64,000 nt of DNA from a virus. Both the position numbers and the translations under genes were made by a program. The DNA is taken from the IMG/VR virus record IMGVR_UViG_3300030104_005963; one strand, 5' to 3'. The first letter of the stretch is position 1. Every line of letters starts with the position of its first letter. Below are positions 28,491 through 37,637 of the stretch, piece after piece. A model generated the notes under the pieces. It ran no database searches, was not told where the DNA came from, and worked only from the letters and a program-made list of their open reading frames with translations.

Positions 28491-29188
28491 AAAAAATTAT
28501 TGCATCCCTGGTTGCTGCGGCAACGGTTGCCCTGCCTGTCCATTCAGACCCACTCCAAGAAAATGAGTACTATACTAGTCACTCTACGGGGTGTATGTTA
28601 CTTCGGGAATGTACAGATGGAGTCGAACAAGTCTTTAGTCTTCTGGATATTTCTAGTCAGTATCCCAATACTGACGATTTTTATTCTATTGCTAACGAAT
28701 TCAACAACATGCTTGTCTCCCTTAGGAGGATCGGAGTTAAGGTGTTTCTAGCAGATGAAAAATATTTTCCTGTAGGACATCGTGGTGTTTATCATACAGT
28801 GGGAAATAATTTTTTCTTAAATAAAACATTTATGAAACGTCCGGGTGTATTAATGAGTGTAATGCGTCATGAAGGATGGCACGCCGCACAAGATTGTATG
28901 GCAGGAACTATTGAAAATAACATGATTGCTATTATTATGGATGAAGAAAAAGTTCCTGAGATATGGCAGGAAATGGCAAGAAGAACATATAAACATATGC
29001 CTAGTGCTATTCCATGGGAAAAAGAAGCAACTTGGGCAGGTAGAACTGCCGGTATGACTCAGAAAGCACTTAAATCTTGTGCTCGTGGTGATATGTGGAC
29101 TGATTATAAACCTACACCTCTGACTAAAGAATGGTTAGAAAAAAATGGTTATATTAAACTTGATGGAACTAGTTACGGCACTAAATAA
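28487..29188 (+). CDS. Secreted HExxH (zincin-like) putative metallopeptidase
   Basis: Signal peptide; VMRHEGWHAAQDC and downstream WEKEA. Confidence 0.65.
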   Translation: MKKIIASLVAAATVALPVHSDPLQENEYYTSHSTGCMLLRECTDGVEQVFSLLDISSQYPNTDDFYSIANEFNNMLVSLRRIGVKVFLADEKYFPVGHRGVYHTVGNNFFLNKTFMKRPGVLMSVMRHEGWHAAQDCMAGTIENNMIAIIMDEEKVPEIWQEMARRTYKHMPSAIPWEKEATWAGRTAGMTQKALKSCARGDMWTDYKPTPLTKEWLEKNGYIKLDGTSYGTK

Positions 29189-29208
29189 TTCTGCCTTACT
29201 CTTTTACC

Positions 29209-29679
29209 ATGCCAGAAGAAGTAAAGAAAGACGAAGTAAAGAAAGAAGAATTAAAAGGAGATAAGAAAAAAGGACCACTTGGAAAGTTAAAAGAAAAAGT
29301 TGAGGACTCTGAGGAACAACTTAATATTATTTCAACTTTTGTTCGTCTAGGTATTCTTGTTTGGTCTGGTGGAATTCTTACTCTTAATTATGTGACGATT
29401 CCTGGTTTTCCTCAAGGAAAAATTGATCCGACATTCATAGCCAGTGTTTTTACGGGGGTTTTAGCTACGTTCGGGGTTCAGACGGCAAAAAATAAAAATG
29501 GTAATGGTAATGGTAGTTCTTCTTCGGGTGCGATAAACAAATCTGATTTAGAAAAATTAATTAATGCAGCATCTCAAACTGCACCTGCACAAACTATCCG
29601 GATTGAGCAAGCACCTCTTCAAATTGGAAATCAACCACCTCAAGGACCACCAAAATCTAACGATTCCTATAAGATGTAA
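29209..29679 (+). CDS. Two-TM membrane protein
   Basis: GILVWSGGILTL and DPTFIASVFTGVLATFGV. Confidence 0.65.
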   Translation: MPEEVKKDEVKKEELKGDKKKGPLGKLKEKVEDSEEQLNIISTFVRLGILVWSGGILTLNYVTIPGFPQGKIDPTFIASVFTGVLATFGVQTAKNKNGNGNGSSSSGAINKSDLEKLINAASQTAPAQTIRIEQAPLQIGNQPPQGPPKSNDSYKM

Positions 29680-29704
29680 TACTGCCGAATTTAAAAAATA
29701 AATT

Positions 29705-30343
29705 ATGACTGATATTGTAAAACAGGTAAACCCCAAAGAAAAATTATCTAAACGCAGAAGATTTAGACGTAGAGGTCCATTTAAATGGGTTCTTCTTGGT
29801 GTGGGTGGTTTAGTCGCAGTTGCACATATTGGTGCTCTTGGTCATCTAATGAAGATGACTGAGAAATATGCAGATAGACCACAGTATCCTTCTATCAATC
29901 TTCCTACCGGAGAGTATTCATCATATGATGTAAAGGTGGGAAAAGAAGGATATGAAATTAGATATAATGCTAATGATCCGAAAGTATTAGTTAGGGAAAG
30001 TAATTTAGATTTAAAAAGTAGTAAAAAAGGATTTTTTGGTAGTTCTCAAAGTTTAGATAAAAATGAATATATTCGGAAAGAATATACAATGTATGGTGAG
30101 TCAAATGGAGGTAATGATCCTGAGGGAAAGTTGAGTGCCGAAAAGTTAACGTGTATCAAATCGGAAGGTTCTGGAGAGTCAACCGGTGCGATAGTGGGAG
30201 CTAGCATGACCAGTGGACTTGCTCCAGTATTAACTGGAATTCCTTATGTTGGATGGTTGGCTGCTGGATGGGCAACTATGTTAGGTCAAAATGTTGGAAG
30301 TAATCTTGGTGGTGAAATAGCAAAATCTGTTAGTGGTTGCTAA
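29705..30343 (+). CDS. Membrane protein with C-terminal glycine zipper
   Basis: N-terminal TM; GAIVGAS..GIPYVGWLAAGW..GSNLGG. Confidence 0.6.
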   Translation: MTDIVKQVNPKEKLSKRRRFRRRGPFKWVLLGVGGLVAVAHIGALGHLMKMTEKYADRPQYPSINLPTGEYSSYDVKVGKEGYEIRYNANDPKVLVRESNLDLKSSKKGFFGSSQSLDKNEYIRKEYTMYGESNGGNDPEGKLSAEKLTCIKSEGSGESTGAIVGASMTSGLAPVLTGIPYVGWLAAGWATMLGQNVGSNLGGEIAKSVSGC

Positions 30344-30402
30344 CAATTAATTAATTGGCATTGGTAAAAAATAACTAGATAGTGTAGTTAAATTTTTTAA
30401 AT

Positions 30403-30726
30403 ATGAAGTTCTTTTTTGTACTTCTAACAACTTTCTTTTTAGCAGCACCGGCATGGGCTGTAGATGTTATAATGAACTCTGATGGTAATCTTCAGTTTGA
30501 ACCATCTGATATCACAATTACTAAAGGAGAAAGCATACACTTTGTAAATGGTATGTTACCACCTCATAATATTATTGTGAATGGTCGTCCTGATTTATCT
30601 AGAGAATCATTATTTTTTAGTCCTGGTCAAACTCAAGATATAAAATTTACTGAAGTAGGAGATTATGATATTTTTTGTGGGCATCATCAAGGTGCGGGCA
30701 TGATTGGAACAGTACACGTTAACTAA
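30403..30726 (+). CDS. petE: Plastocyanin
   Basis: Signal peptide; FEP, PPHN (His ligand), FCGHHQGAGM (Cys/His/Met ligands). Confidence 0.9.
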   Translation: MKFFFVLLTTFFLAAPAWAVDVIMNSDGNLQFEPSDITITKGESIHFVNGMLPPHNIIVNGRPDLSRESLFFSPGQTQDIKFTEVGDYDIFCGHHQGAGMIGTVHVN

Positions 30727-30734
30727 AAAAATAA

Positions 30735-31028
30735 ATGGAATATACGATTACATGGAAATCATCTGACGGAACGGAAACTACTTTTCAATGTGCAGATGAC
30801 CAGTATCTATTAGAAGCTGCCGAAGATGTTGATATTGATGCACCGTCTTCATGCAAGGCAGGTGCTTGTTCTACATGTGCCGGTAAACTTGAAAGTGGAA
30901 CGGTAAATCAGGAGGAGCAATCTTTTCTTGATGATGATCAAATAGAAGATGGATTTATCCTGACATGTGTATCATATCCAATAAGTGACTGTGTTGTATT
31001 GGCAGAACAGGAGGAATGTCTTTATTGA
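30735..31028 (+). CDS. petF: Plant-type [2Fe-2S] ferredoxin
   Basis: [10 protein letters not shown]...LTCVSYP. Confidence 0.96.
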   Translation: MEYTITWKSSDGTETTFQCADDQYLLEAAEDVDIDAPSSCKAGACSTCAGKLESGTVNQEEQSFLDDDQIEDGFILTCVSYPISDCVVLAEQEECLY

Positions 31029-31066
31029 TATAATTAAAATGAATTGAAAGAAATGGAGTTAATTAA

Positions 31067-32104
31067 ATGAAAGTTGGTATTATTGGTTTAGGTAGAATGG
31101 GCGAGGGTATGTCTCGTCGGATGATGAAAGCAGGTATTGAAACCTGGGGTTATAGGCGTAACTATGCAAAGGCTGAAGAAGCATTTGAAAAAGGTTATGT
31201 CAGTGGAATTGCCACTGATTTAGAAAATCTTGTTAAAATAGTTCATCATGTAGATGGACAAGTTGGTAAATGTCCCGGAATTTTTCAACTTGTTATTCCA
31301 GCAGAATTAGTAGAGGACACACTCAATGAGTTATTACCATTACTTGGCGACGGAGATATTATTATTGATCATGGCAATAGCAACTTTAAAGATTCTCGCA
31401 GGAGAGCAGAAAGGCTTTCTAAGTATGGTATCCAATATATTGACTGCGGTACTTCTGGTGGAGTTTACGGTCTGGAGCGTGGATACTGTCTTATGGTTGG
31501 TGGTGCAAGTGGCGCAGTATCTGCCTGTGCCCCTATTTTCAGGGCACTGGCACCTGGCATTGCCTCTGCACCCCGCACGGACCCTTACACAAACGCAACA
31601 TCTGCTGAGTATGGTTGGTTACACTGTGGAGGTCCTGGAGCAGGTCATTTTGTAAAGATGGTTCACAACGGAGTCGAATATGGAATCATGCAAGCGTATG
31701 CAGAAGGGTTTAATATTCTCCATCATGGTAATCTTGGTTCCCAATATGTTAAGGAAGGGGATGCTGAGATTGCTCCGATGGAAAATCCGGCAGACTATCA
31801 ATATGATATTGACACTGTTGAGGTGGCTGAGCTTTGGCGTCGTGGTAGCGTTGTTGGTAGTTGGTTACTTGATCTTACCGCTGATGTACTACGGCATGAT
31901 CCTAAACTTAGCAAGTTCGATGGGGGAGTATCAGACTCTGGTGAAGGTCGTTGGACTCTTCACGCTGCTGTGGATCTTGGTGTACCCACACCTGTTATCT
32001 CTGCCGCACTATTTGAACGCTTTAATTCTAGAAGATTGGGCGAGTTCGGAAACAAAATCTTAAATGGTATGAGATATATGTTTGGAGGTCATAACGTAAG
32101 ATGA
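31067..32104 (+). CDS. gnd: 6-phosphogluconate dehydrogenase (short GntZ type)
   Basis: GLGRMG, DHGNS, DCGTSGG, GHFVKMVHNGVEYG, DSGEGRW. Confidence 0.97.
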   Translation: MKVGIIGLGRMGEGMSRRMMKAGIETWGYRRNYAKAEEAFEKGYVSGIATDLENLVKIVHHVDGQVGKCPGIFQLVIPAELVEDTLNELLPLLGDGDIIIDHGNSNFKDSRRRAERLSKYGIQYIDCGTSGGVYGLERGYCLMVGGASGAVSACAPIFRALAPGIASAPRTDPYTNATSAEYGWLHCGGPGAGHFVKMVHNGVEYGIMQAYAEGFNILHHGNLGSQYVKEGDAEIAPMENPADYQYDIDTVEVAELWRRGSVVGSWLLDLTADVLRHDPKLSKFDGGVSDSGEGRWTLHAAVDLGVPTPVISAALFERFNSRRLGEFGNKILNGMRYMFGGHNVR

Positions 32105-32571
32105 TTTGTATTGGAGCACAAACTATTACAACAACTCTCGCTACAATTGCTATTGGATCGATAACTCCGGAAGAGATTAGAACTTATGTTTCTATAAATG
32201 CGGATCCGTGGGACAATAATGAACAGATTAACTTTAAAGAACCTATGGGTTCTTTAGGTATTGAATATGATATTCATAAGAATATGAAATTGTTTATGGA
32301 ACATATTTCTTCTCCGATGCAGTGCAATGATTCTCCAGGTATTAATCATGCAGGTGTTAAATTTTATGCTCCACTTGGAGGCACCACTCTTTATTCTGGA
32401 ATCAGCATCAACAACTCTAATTTTGATACTAATGATAACTTTAGTGGACCATTGGCATCAATAGGTGTAGAATATGGTGACTCTTACAAATTTTATACTG
32501 AATATTTGACAAGTGTTGATGATATTGAAAATGGAAGAGCATCAATTGGATTTAAGGTATTTTTTAAATGA
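32101..32571 (+). CDS. Putative outer-membrane beta-barrel-like protein
   Basis: Alternating beta pattern, duplicated (S)LG(I/V)EY..K(L/F)(F/Y).E motif, aromatic C-terminus GFKVFFK. Confidence 0.45.
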   Translation: MICIGAQTITTTLATIAIGSITPEEIRTYVSINADPWDNNEQINFKEPMGSLGIEYDIHKNMKLFMEHISSPMQCNDSPGINHAGVKFYAPLGGTTLYSGISINNSNFDTNDNFSGPLASIGVEYGDSYKFYTEYLTSVDDIENGRASIGFKVFFK

Positions 32572-32750
32572 CTTTAGCAAACGTTTTACTTTGGGTCGCA
32601 ATCCCATTCGTACTTATTACATTTTGTTTTGGATTTATCAAAGGTGATAATGACTATTACGATAGTGATGATTATACTGGAAATGGGACAGCACATCCAG
32701 TTTTATTTGAGGAGACTGAATGTGATTTGCGTGTAAAAAATGTAAAATGA
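32568..32750 (+). CDS. Small membrane protein
   Basis: One TM plus DNDYYDS acidic tail. Confidence 0.55.
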   Translation: MTLANVLLWVAIPFVLITFCFGFIKGDNDYYDSDDYTGNGTAHPVLFEETECDLRVKNVK

Positions 32751-32759
32751 CCCTAGCAA

Positions 32760-34202
32760 ATGTCTTACTTTAGACAACAATCCCATTTGTATTATCCACT
32801 ATATATTTCGGGTTATGAAAAGGTGAAAATGTCTATTATGAATTATACAAATACGATGGAAACGGAACAGCACGTTAGTAAACGCATAGTTATATTTGGT
32901 GCGGCAGGTGATCTTTGTAAAAGAAAACTCATCCCTTCTTTATATCAATTATGGTATAAAAAACTTTTACCTCAAGGACTACTAATTGTAGGTTCTTCAC
33001 GTAGAGAATTTTCTAGAGAGTGTTGGTTAAATTATTTGGGAAATTATCCTGAAGAATTTACTCATTGGTTGGATTTTGTTTCATGTGATTTATCGTGTGA
33101 AAATAGTTTAAATCAATTACATGATGATAGTATGGATACCACATACTTTTTATCTGTACCACCTAGCACATATGCCGATGCAATTACTAATTTAAAGAAA
33201 GGAGGATTTTTAAATGATCCAGAAAGATCGAGGGTGGTTATCGAGAAACCCTTTGGATACGATTATAAATCTGCTAATCATTTACAGTCAGTGGTGGAGC
33301 GATATTTACGCGAAAAACAAGTTTATCGCATTGACCATTATCTTGGTAAAGATACTGTTAATAATATTCTTGCCACTCGTTTCAGTAACACACTACTTGA
33401 ACCACTATGGAATAGGCAGTATATAGAAGAGGTTCAGATTTTTGCAACTGAGACTATTGGTTGTGAAGGTCGTTCACAATATTATGATGGTTCTGGTGTT
33501 GTTAGAGACATGTTGCAAAATCATATGCTTCAAGTCCTTGCACTGATTGCTATGGAGGCACCATGCAAAATGAATGCTACTGAAATTCGTAGAGAGAAAA
33601 CAAAAGTACTTGCCGCAACTAGACTAGGACATAAAATTATTTTTGGGCAATATGACACTTACAAATCTGAAGAGGGTGTTGATCCTGTCAGTAACACTGC
33701 TACCTATGTTGCTGGTGACATTTATGTCGATAACTGGCGTTGGGAGGGAGTTCCTTTTCACTTCATGAGTGGAAAGAAAATGCCTTACCAATGTGTAGAA
33801 GTAGTTATTAAATTAAAAGCACCACCACAACAATTGTTTGATGGTCATGAATATAATGATCGTATTGTAATGAGGTTACAACCACATCCTCATTTTGATA
33901 TTAGAATTGATATGAAAGCACCTGGTTTTAAAAATGATGTCGAGACTGCAACCCTTACTCATAGGTATCCTGATTGGTTAGGAGTTGATGGTTATGAAAA
34001 ACTTCTTTATGATGCACTTTATAATGACCAGTCACATTTTGTTCACTCTGAAGAAGTTCTAGAATCCTGGAGGATTGTCGATGATTTACTTTGTACTGGG
34101 GATAATTGCCCCATACGTACTACTCCTTATATCTATATTGCTGGTTCCTGGGGACCATGGCACAAAACAGATGAAATAACTAAATGGGATTATCCGGCAT
34201 GA
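32760..34202 (+). CDS. zwf: Glucose-6-phosphate 1-dehydrogenase (true start probably ~32829-32856)
   Basis: IFGAAGDL, EKPFG, RIDHYLGK, DMLQNH, RWEGVPF. Confidence 0.97.
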   Translation: MSYFRQQSHLYYPLYISGYEKVKMSIMNYTNTMETEQHVSKRIVIFGAAGDLCKRKLIPSLYQLWYKKLLPQGLLIVGSSRREFSRECWLNYLGNYPEEFTHWLDFVSCDLSCENSLNQLHDDSMDTTYFLSVPPSTYADAITNLKKGGFLNDPERSRVVIEKPFGYDYKSANHLQSVVERYLREKQVYRIDHYLGKDTVNNILATRFSNTLLEPLWNRQYIEEVQIFATETIGCEGRSQYYDGSGVVRDMLQNHMLQVLALIAMEAPCKMNATEIRREKTKVLAATRLGHKIIFGQYDTYKSEEGVDPVSNTATYVAGDIYVDNWRWEGVPFHFMSGKKMPYQCVEVVIKLKAPPQQLFDGHEYNDRIVMRLQPHPHFDIRIDMKAPGFKNDVETATLTHRYPDWLGVDGYEKLLYDALYNDQSHFVHSEEVLESWRIVDDLLCTGDNCPIRTTPYIYIAGSWGPWHKTDEITKWDYPA

Positions 34203-34415
34203 GTACTTTATTTGTATTTACATTTGTATTACTTCTTGTTTCCGTTATGGAATACACTTGGCCAGTTAAAAAATGATATTATTTGTGAGAACAGTTATGC
34301 AGACTCCATGGTGTTTAGGACTTATGGGGTTTGTTTTGGTATTTGTTCCTGTTATAGGGATGTGGGCTATACATAATTATGGTTGGGAACATTGGGAACC
34401 ATTTAGTAAACACAA

Positions 34416-34628
34416 ATGAACTATCAATTAACACTGTTACTTTGTTTTACACCACTTGTTATTATCTACATAGTGATGAAACTAGCAGTTTGGATTTCTG
34501 CCGTAAATACCGAATCAAATTATGTCAGAAAAGAACCTTTACGAAAACGAGGACCCTATCTGGAAAATCCATATGCAGACGTTGATGAAGATGAAGAGGA
34601 ATTTGGAGATCGCACAGATTATCGATAA
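34416..34628 (+). CDS. Small membrane protein
   Basis: TM followed by acidic tail. Confidence 0.55.
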   Translation: MNYQLTLLLCFTPLVIIYIVMKLAVWISAVNTESNYVRKEPLRKRGPYLENPYADVDEDEEEFGDRTDYR

Positions 34629-34752
34629 TTCTTTATATCAATATTATACTGTAGAAAGAGATCTTCCTGTGCCTAATTGGAGACAAATAAAAGATGCCGA
34701 CTGGTGGATGCAATACTTAAAAGATATGGGAATTGATCCTAGAAATCCATGA
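34522..34752 (+). CDS. Small hypothetical protein (start uncertain, likely near 34600)
   Basis: PVPNWR..KD.DWW..YL..MGID. Confidence 0.4.
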   Translation: MSEKNLYENEDPIWKIHMQTLMKMKRNLEIAQIIDNSLYQYYTVERDLPVPNWRQIKDADWWMQYLKDMGIDPRNP

Positions 34753-35063
34753 ATTTAATATTAAGACCTCATGAAAATTATAATGATCCTGTATGGAGTG
34801 TAATAATTTCTATTATACTTCTTTTGATAGGAGTTGTTTATATTGTTGTCTATATACTGGGTATAGACGATAGGGAATCCCATGGGAGCAATGACACCCC
34901 CAAGCAGGAAGAGCTGCTACAACTTCAGAGTGGTGGAGATCAACAGAGTTCTGGACGGGGACACGATAGACGTGACGATAGATCTGGGGTTCGACCTTTA
35001 CAAGAAGGAGAGAGTGAGAGTGGCGGGAGTGGACACTCCGGAAAAGAGAACAAGAAACCCTGA
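34749..35063 (+). CDS. Membrane protein whose tail overlaps the nuclease gene
   Basis: DPVWSVIISIILLLIGVVYIVVYIL. Confidence 0.5.
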   Translation: MNLILRPHENYNDPVWSVIISIILLLIGVVYIVVYILGIDDRESHGSNDTPKQEELLQLQSGGDQQSSGRGHDRRDDRSGVRPLQEGESESGGSGHSGKENKKP

Positions 35064-35343
35064 AGAGAAAGAACTTGGAATCGACGCAACCGAATGGCTC
35101 AAGGCGAAATTGGAAGGTGCTATATCTGGTGACGATGAGTTGTCTGTTAGGACTGAACTTGTTGGTGGTGTCGGGAAATATGGCCGTCTTCTTGGCTGGT
35201 TATACATTGGGGACGCAGAGTTGTCCCTTAATGAACAAATGATTACTGAGGGTTATGCCTGGGAATATGATGGAGGAACAAAACAAAAAGATTTTGGACA
35301 ACTACGTGAGATTCGTAAGGCACATGGGACATTAGTGGAATGA
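34882..35343 (+). CDS. Thermonuclease (SNase-like) endonuclease
   Basis: VLDGDTIDV, RVAGVDTPE, KYGRLLG, EGYAWEY. Confidence 0.9.
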   Translation: MGAMTPPSRKSCYNFRVVEINRVLDGDTIDVTIDLGFDLYKKERVRVAGVDTPEKRTRNPEEKELGIDATEWLKAKLEGAISGDDELSVRTELVGGVGKYGRLLGWLYIGDAELSLNEQMITEGYAWEYDGGTKQKDFGQLREIRKAHGTLVE

Positions 35344-35546
35344 CAAAAAATATAATTATCAATGCTCCAGAAGGAACAAATATTGAGGGATTACAAATAG
35401 AACAGACAATTTCTCAACCGGCAGATCTAGAAGTAGGTCCTGTAAAAGTTGGAGATTTTTCTGTTCTTACTTGGAGTAATATTTCTGCCGTAATTATTTT
35501 ACTTGGAGTTCTTGCTATATTTTATAGATTCTTAAAAACTAAATAA
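35340..35546 (+). CDS. Small membrane protein
   Basis: C-terminal TM. Confidence 0.55.
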   Translation: MTKNIIINAPEGTNIEGLQIEQTISQPADLEVGPVKVGDFSVLTWSNISAVIILLGVLAIFYRFLKTK

Positions 35547-35568
35547 AAATTATTTGGGAATTTAAACG

Positions 35569-35790
35569 ATGCAAAAAGTAATTAACATCTTAGCAGTTCT
35601 ATCATTTGTCGGCACGGCATCTATTATTGGTGGTGGTTTTTATCTCTATTCACAAAAAGATGCTCTTATAGAAGAAGCTAAAAAGAGAGCAACTGAAGAA
35701 GTAATGAAAGTTGTTCCAGATATGATTGGTAATTTAATGCCAGAAATTCCAGAAATTCCTTCTGCTACTGGTGGAGCAATTCCTTTTTAA
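35569..35790 (+). CDS. Small membrane-anchored protein
   Basis: MQKVINILAVLSF..GG..Y; Pro-rich end. Confidence 0.65.
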   Translation: MQKVINILAVLSFVGTASIIGGGFYLYSQKDALIEEAKKRATEEVMKVVPDMIGNLMPEIPEIPSATGGAIPF

Positions 35791-35796
35791 TGATTA

Positions 35797-36516
35797 ATGC
35801 CTGAAATTAATATTCCTGAAATTAATATTAAAACACCTGAAATTAATATTAGGACATTAGATATTCCTAATGTTCCTAGGTGGTTAACTGATGCATCATT
35901 ATCTTTACCATCTACTGCACCAGTTACTGTTGACATAGGAATTCCTGTTATTGATATGCCTGGTTGTGTAGAGGCACATAAAACTAATAATAAGAAAAAT
36001 AATCAAATTAAAACTGATGATGAAAGAGGTATAAAAACATTTTGTGATGCTGGTGTTCCTTCATATAATCCAATAGATTTTAATGCTGCCGATCATTTAC
36101 AAACACCAAAGGCACCCATTCCTCCTTACAAAGCACCAGAACCACCAAAAGATGTTCCGTTAAAATCTATTCCAAAAATTCCACCAGTTGTAACTGCTAC
36201 AGTGGAGCAAGTTGAAGAAGTTCCTCCACCCGAACCTGAAATTCCTTGGGTTGAAAAATATTTACCAGCACCAGAAGCAGCAACTACAACTGCTGCTATT
36301 GCGTTAGTTGCCACAACTTCTGCTTTACTTGCAAAACCTCTTGCTGATATTTTATTGCGTGTTATAAAACCAACGATTAAAAAAGTTGTTAAAAAAATTG
36401 CTGATATTAGGGGGAAAGAGACAAAGGTCTTGAGCGCATCGGTCCGCCGAGCAGAGCAGCGGGATCGGAATCAGGCGATAAAGCAGATTCGTTCTGCTTT
36501 GAAACCGAAGGGATAG
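35797..36516 (+). CDS. Pro-rich membrane protein
   Basis: EINI repeats; PVIDMPGCVEAH...FCDAG; TM AAIALVATTSALL; basic tail. Confidence 0.65.
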   Translation: MPEINIPEINIKTPEINIRTLDIPNVPRWLTDASLSLPSTAPVTVDIGIPVIDMPGCVEAHKTNNKKNNQIKTDDERGIKTFCDAGVPSYNPIDFNAADHLQTPKAPIPPYKAPEPPKDVPLKSIPKIPPVVTATVEQVEEVPPPEPEIPWVEKYLPAPEAATTTAAIALVATTSALLAKPLADILLRVIKPTIKKVVKKIADIRGKETKVLSASVRRAEQRDRNQAIKQIRSALKPKG

Positions 36517-37333
36517 AGTGTGCATGAGGACTAATGTAAGTCTTATCTCTTACTACGACATCAGCACATATTCTTGCATAACGACTTCTGGGATGAAAAC
36601 TAATTCCAGATTTAATCAATTCTCCACAATTTTTGAGACGAGCAATTTCAAAGTCTAATCTTTTGTTAGCAGCTTGTTGTTGCATTAAAGAAATACTAGC
36701 AGCTGCCGCTTCTTTACATTGTTCTTGTAGTTTTTTATCTAATGGTGTACTCCAAGTCATGGAGAAACCCACACTTAAATTATAATTATCTTTTTGACCT
36801 GTTCTAATAGGAATTCTGTATAATATGTCGCCAGGATTATCAGGAGCGCCATCACCAATTATATTTCCATCATCATCAAAATCACCCGTAAGATCTCTCA
36901 TATCATATACATTATCTAAGTAACTACCTTCAAATGGTTTTTGTGCCGATACTGCTCCTGTCACATATGGTGTAAAATTAACGGTTTCTCCTTGGCACTG
37001 GATACCTGAACCATAAGTGTTAGTGATATATGGTCCTTGTAAAACTTGAATAGCTTGATTGGTAACTGAGCCTGAACTATTGGCAATTGGAGCAGCAGTT
37101 GCACTGACTCCCCCTACAGTTTCCGCAACCGCAGGTGTCGCATTGGTTAGTTGTGTTAGACATAAAATTACTGGGAGAAAATACTTGTTGTATCGGTGAT
37201 ACTGGTCACCTCTGTTGTTCTTTGAATAATTGTGTGATTTTGCAGTCCGGGTCCAGAATAAGTTTCTGTGAACTGAAATGCTCCCCCCTGTGTTGTTTGT
37301 CTGAATTGGGGAACGTCTGTTACTCCTGTCCAT
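36407..37333 (-). CDS. Secreted hypothetical protein (start problematic)
   Basis: Signal-like FLPVILCLTQLTNATPAVA, then ETVGGVSATA..NSSGSVTNQAIQ; Cys pairs near the C-terminus. Confidence 0.7.
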   Translation of the reverse strand: MDRSNRRSPIQTNNTGGSISVHRNLFWTRTAKSHNYSKNNRGDQYHRYNKYFLPVILCLTQLTNATPAVAETVGGVSATAAPIANSSGSVTNQAIQVLQGPYITNTYGSGIQCQGETVNFTPYVTGAVSAQKPFEGSYLDNVYDMRDLTGDFDDDGNIIGDGAPDNPGDILYRIPIRTGQKDNYNLSVGFSMTWSTPLDKKLQEQCKEAAAASISLMQQQAANKRLDFEIARLKNCGELIKSGISFHPRSRYARICADVVVRDKTYISPHAHSIPSVSKQNESALSPDSDPAALLGGPMRSRPLSLSP

Positions 37334-37623
37334 GATGATGTCACTCCATCTATAGTTACACTTGTGGAACCTGTTGTAGGACTTAAGGTTCCGTTTACTG
37401 GTTCAATTCCACTACCAGTTGAAGAATATTGGTATCCTGTATTGTAATCCATCGAATTGATGGTTTCAACAACTTTACTTGTTGTTTCCGTGTGGCTGGT
37501 CATTGAACCTTGTTGAAAATTTGGGACCACTGGGACCGCCAGGGCAGTTGCAGGTATGATACTTGCAACCACCACACACATCGCAGACCAAATTATCGTC
37601 CCTCCAAAACGGATCATTTTCAA
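37168..37623 (-). CDS. Secreted Thr/Ser-rich hypothetical protein
   Basis: Signal peptide ending ALA, then VPVVPNFQQGSMTSHTETT. Confidence 0.7.
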   Translation of the reverse strand: MKMIRFGGTIIWSAMCVVVASIIPATALAVPVVPNFQQGSMTSHTETTSKVVETINSMDYNTGYQYSSTGSGIEPVNGTLSPTTGSTSVTIDGVTSSWTGVTDVPQFRQTTQGGAFQFTETYSGPGLQNHTIIQRTTEVTSITDTTSIFSQ

Positions 37624-37637
37624 TCTCCTTTTGCAAT

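Noticed and set aside
37077-37163. Minus-strand 28-aa Cys-rich ORF MSNTTNQCDTCGCGNCRGSQCNCCSNCQ resembling a metallothionein
   Set aside because: It is the shifted-frame shadow of the Ala-rich (T-GCN) signal/mature junction of ORF 36407..37333; nearly every Cys comes from T+GC, and there is no clear SD.
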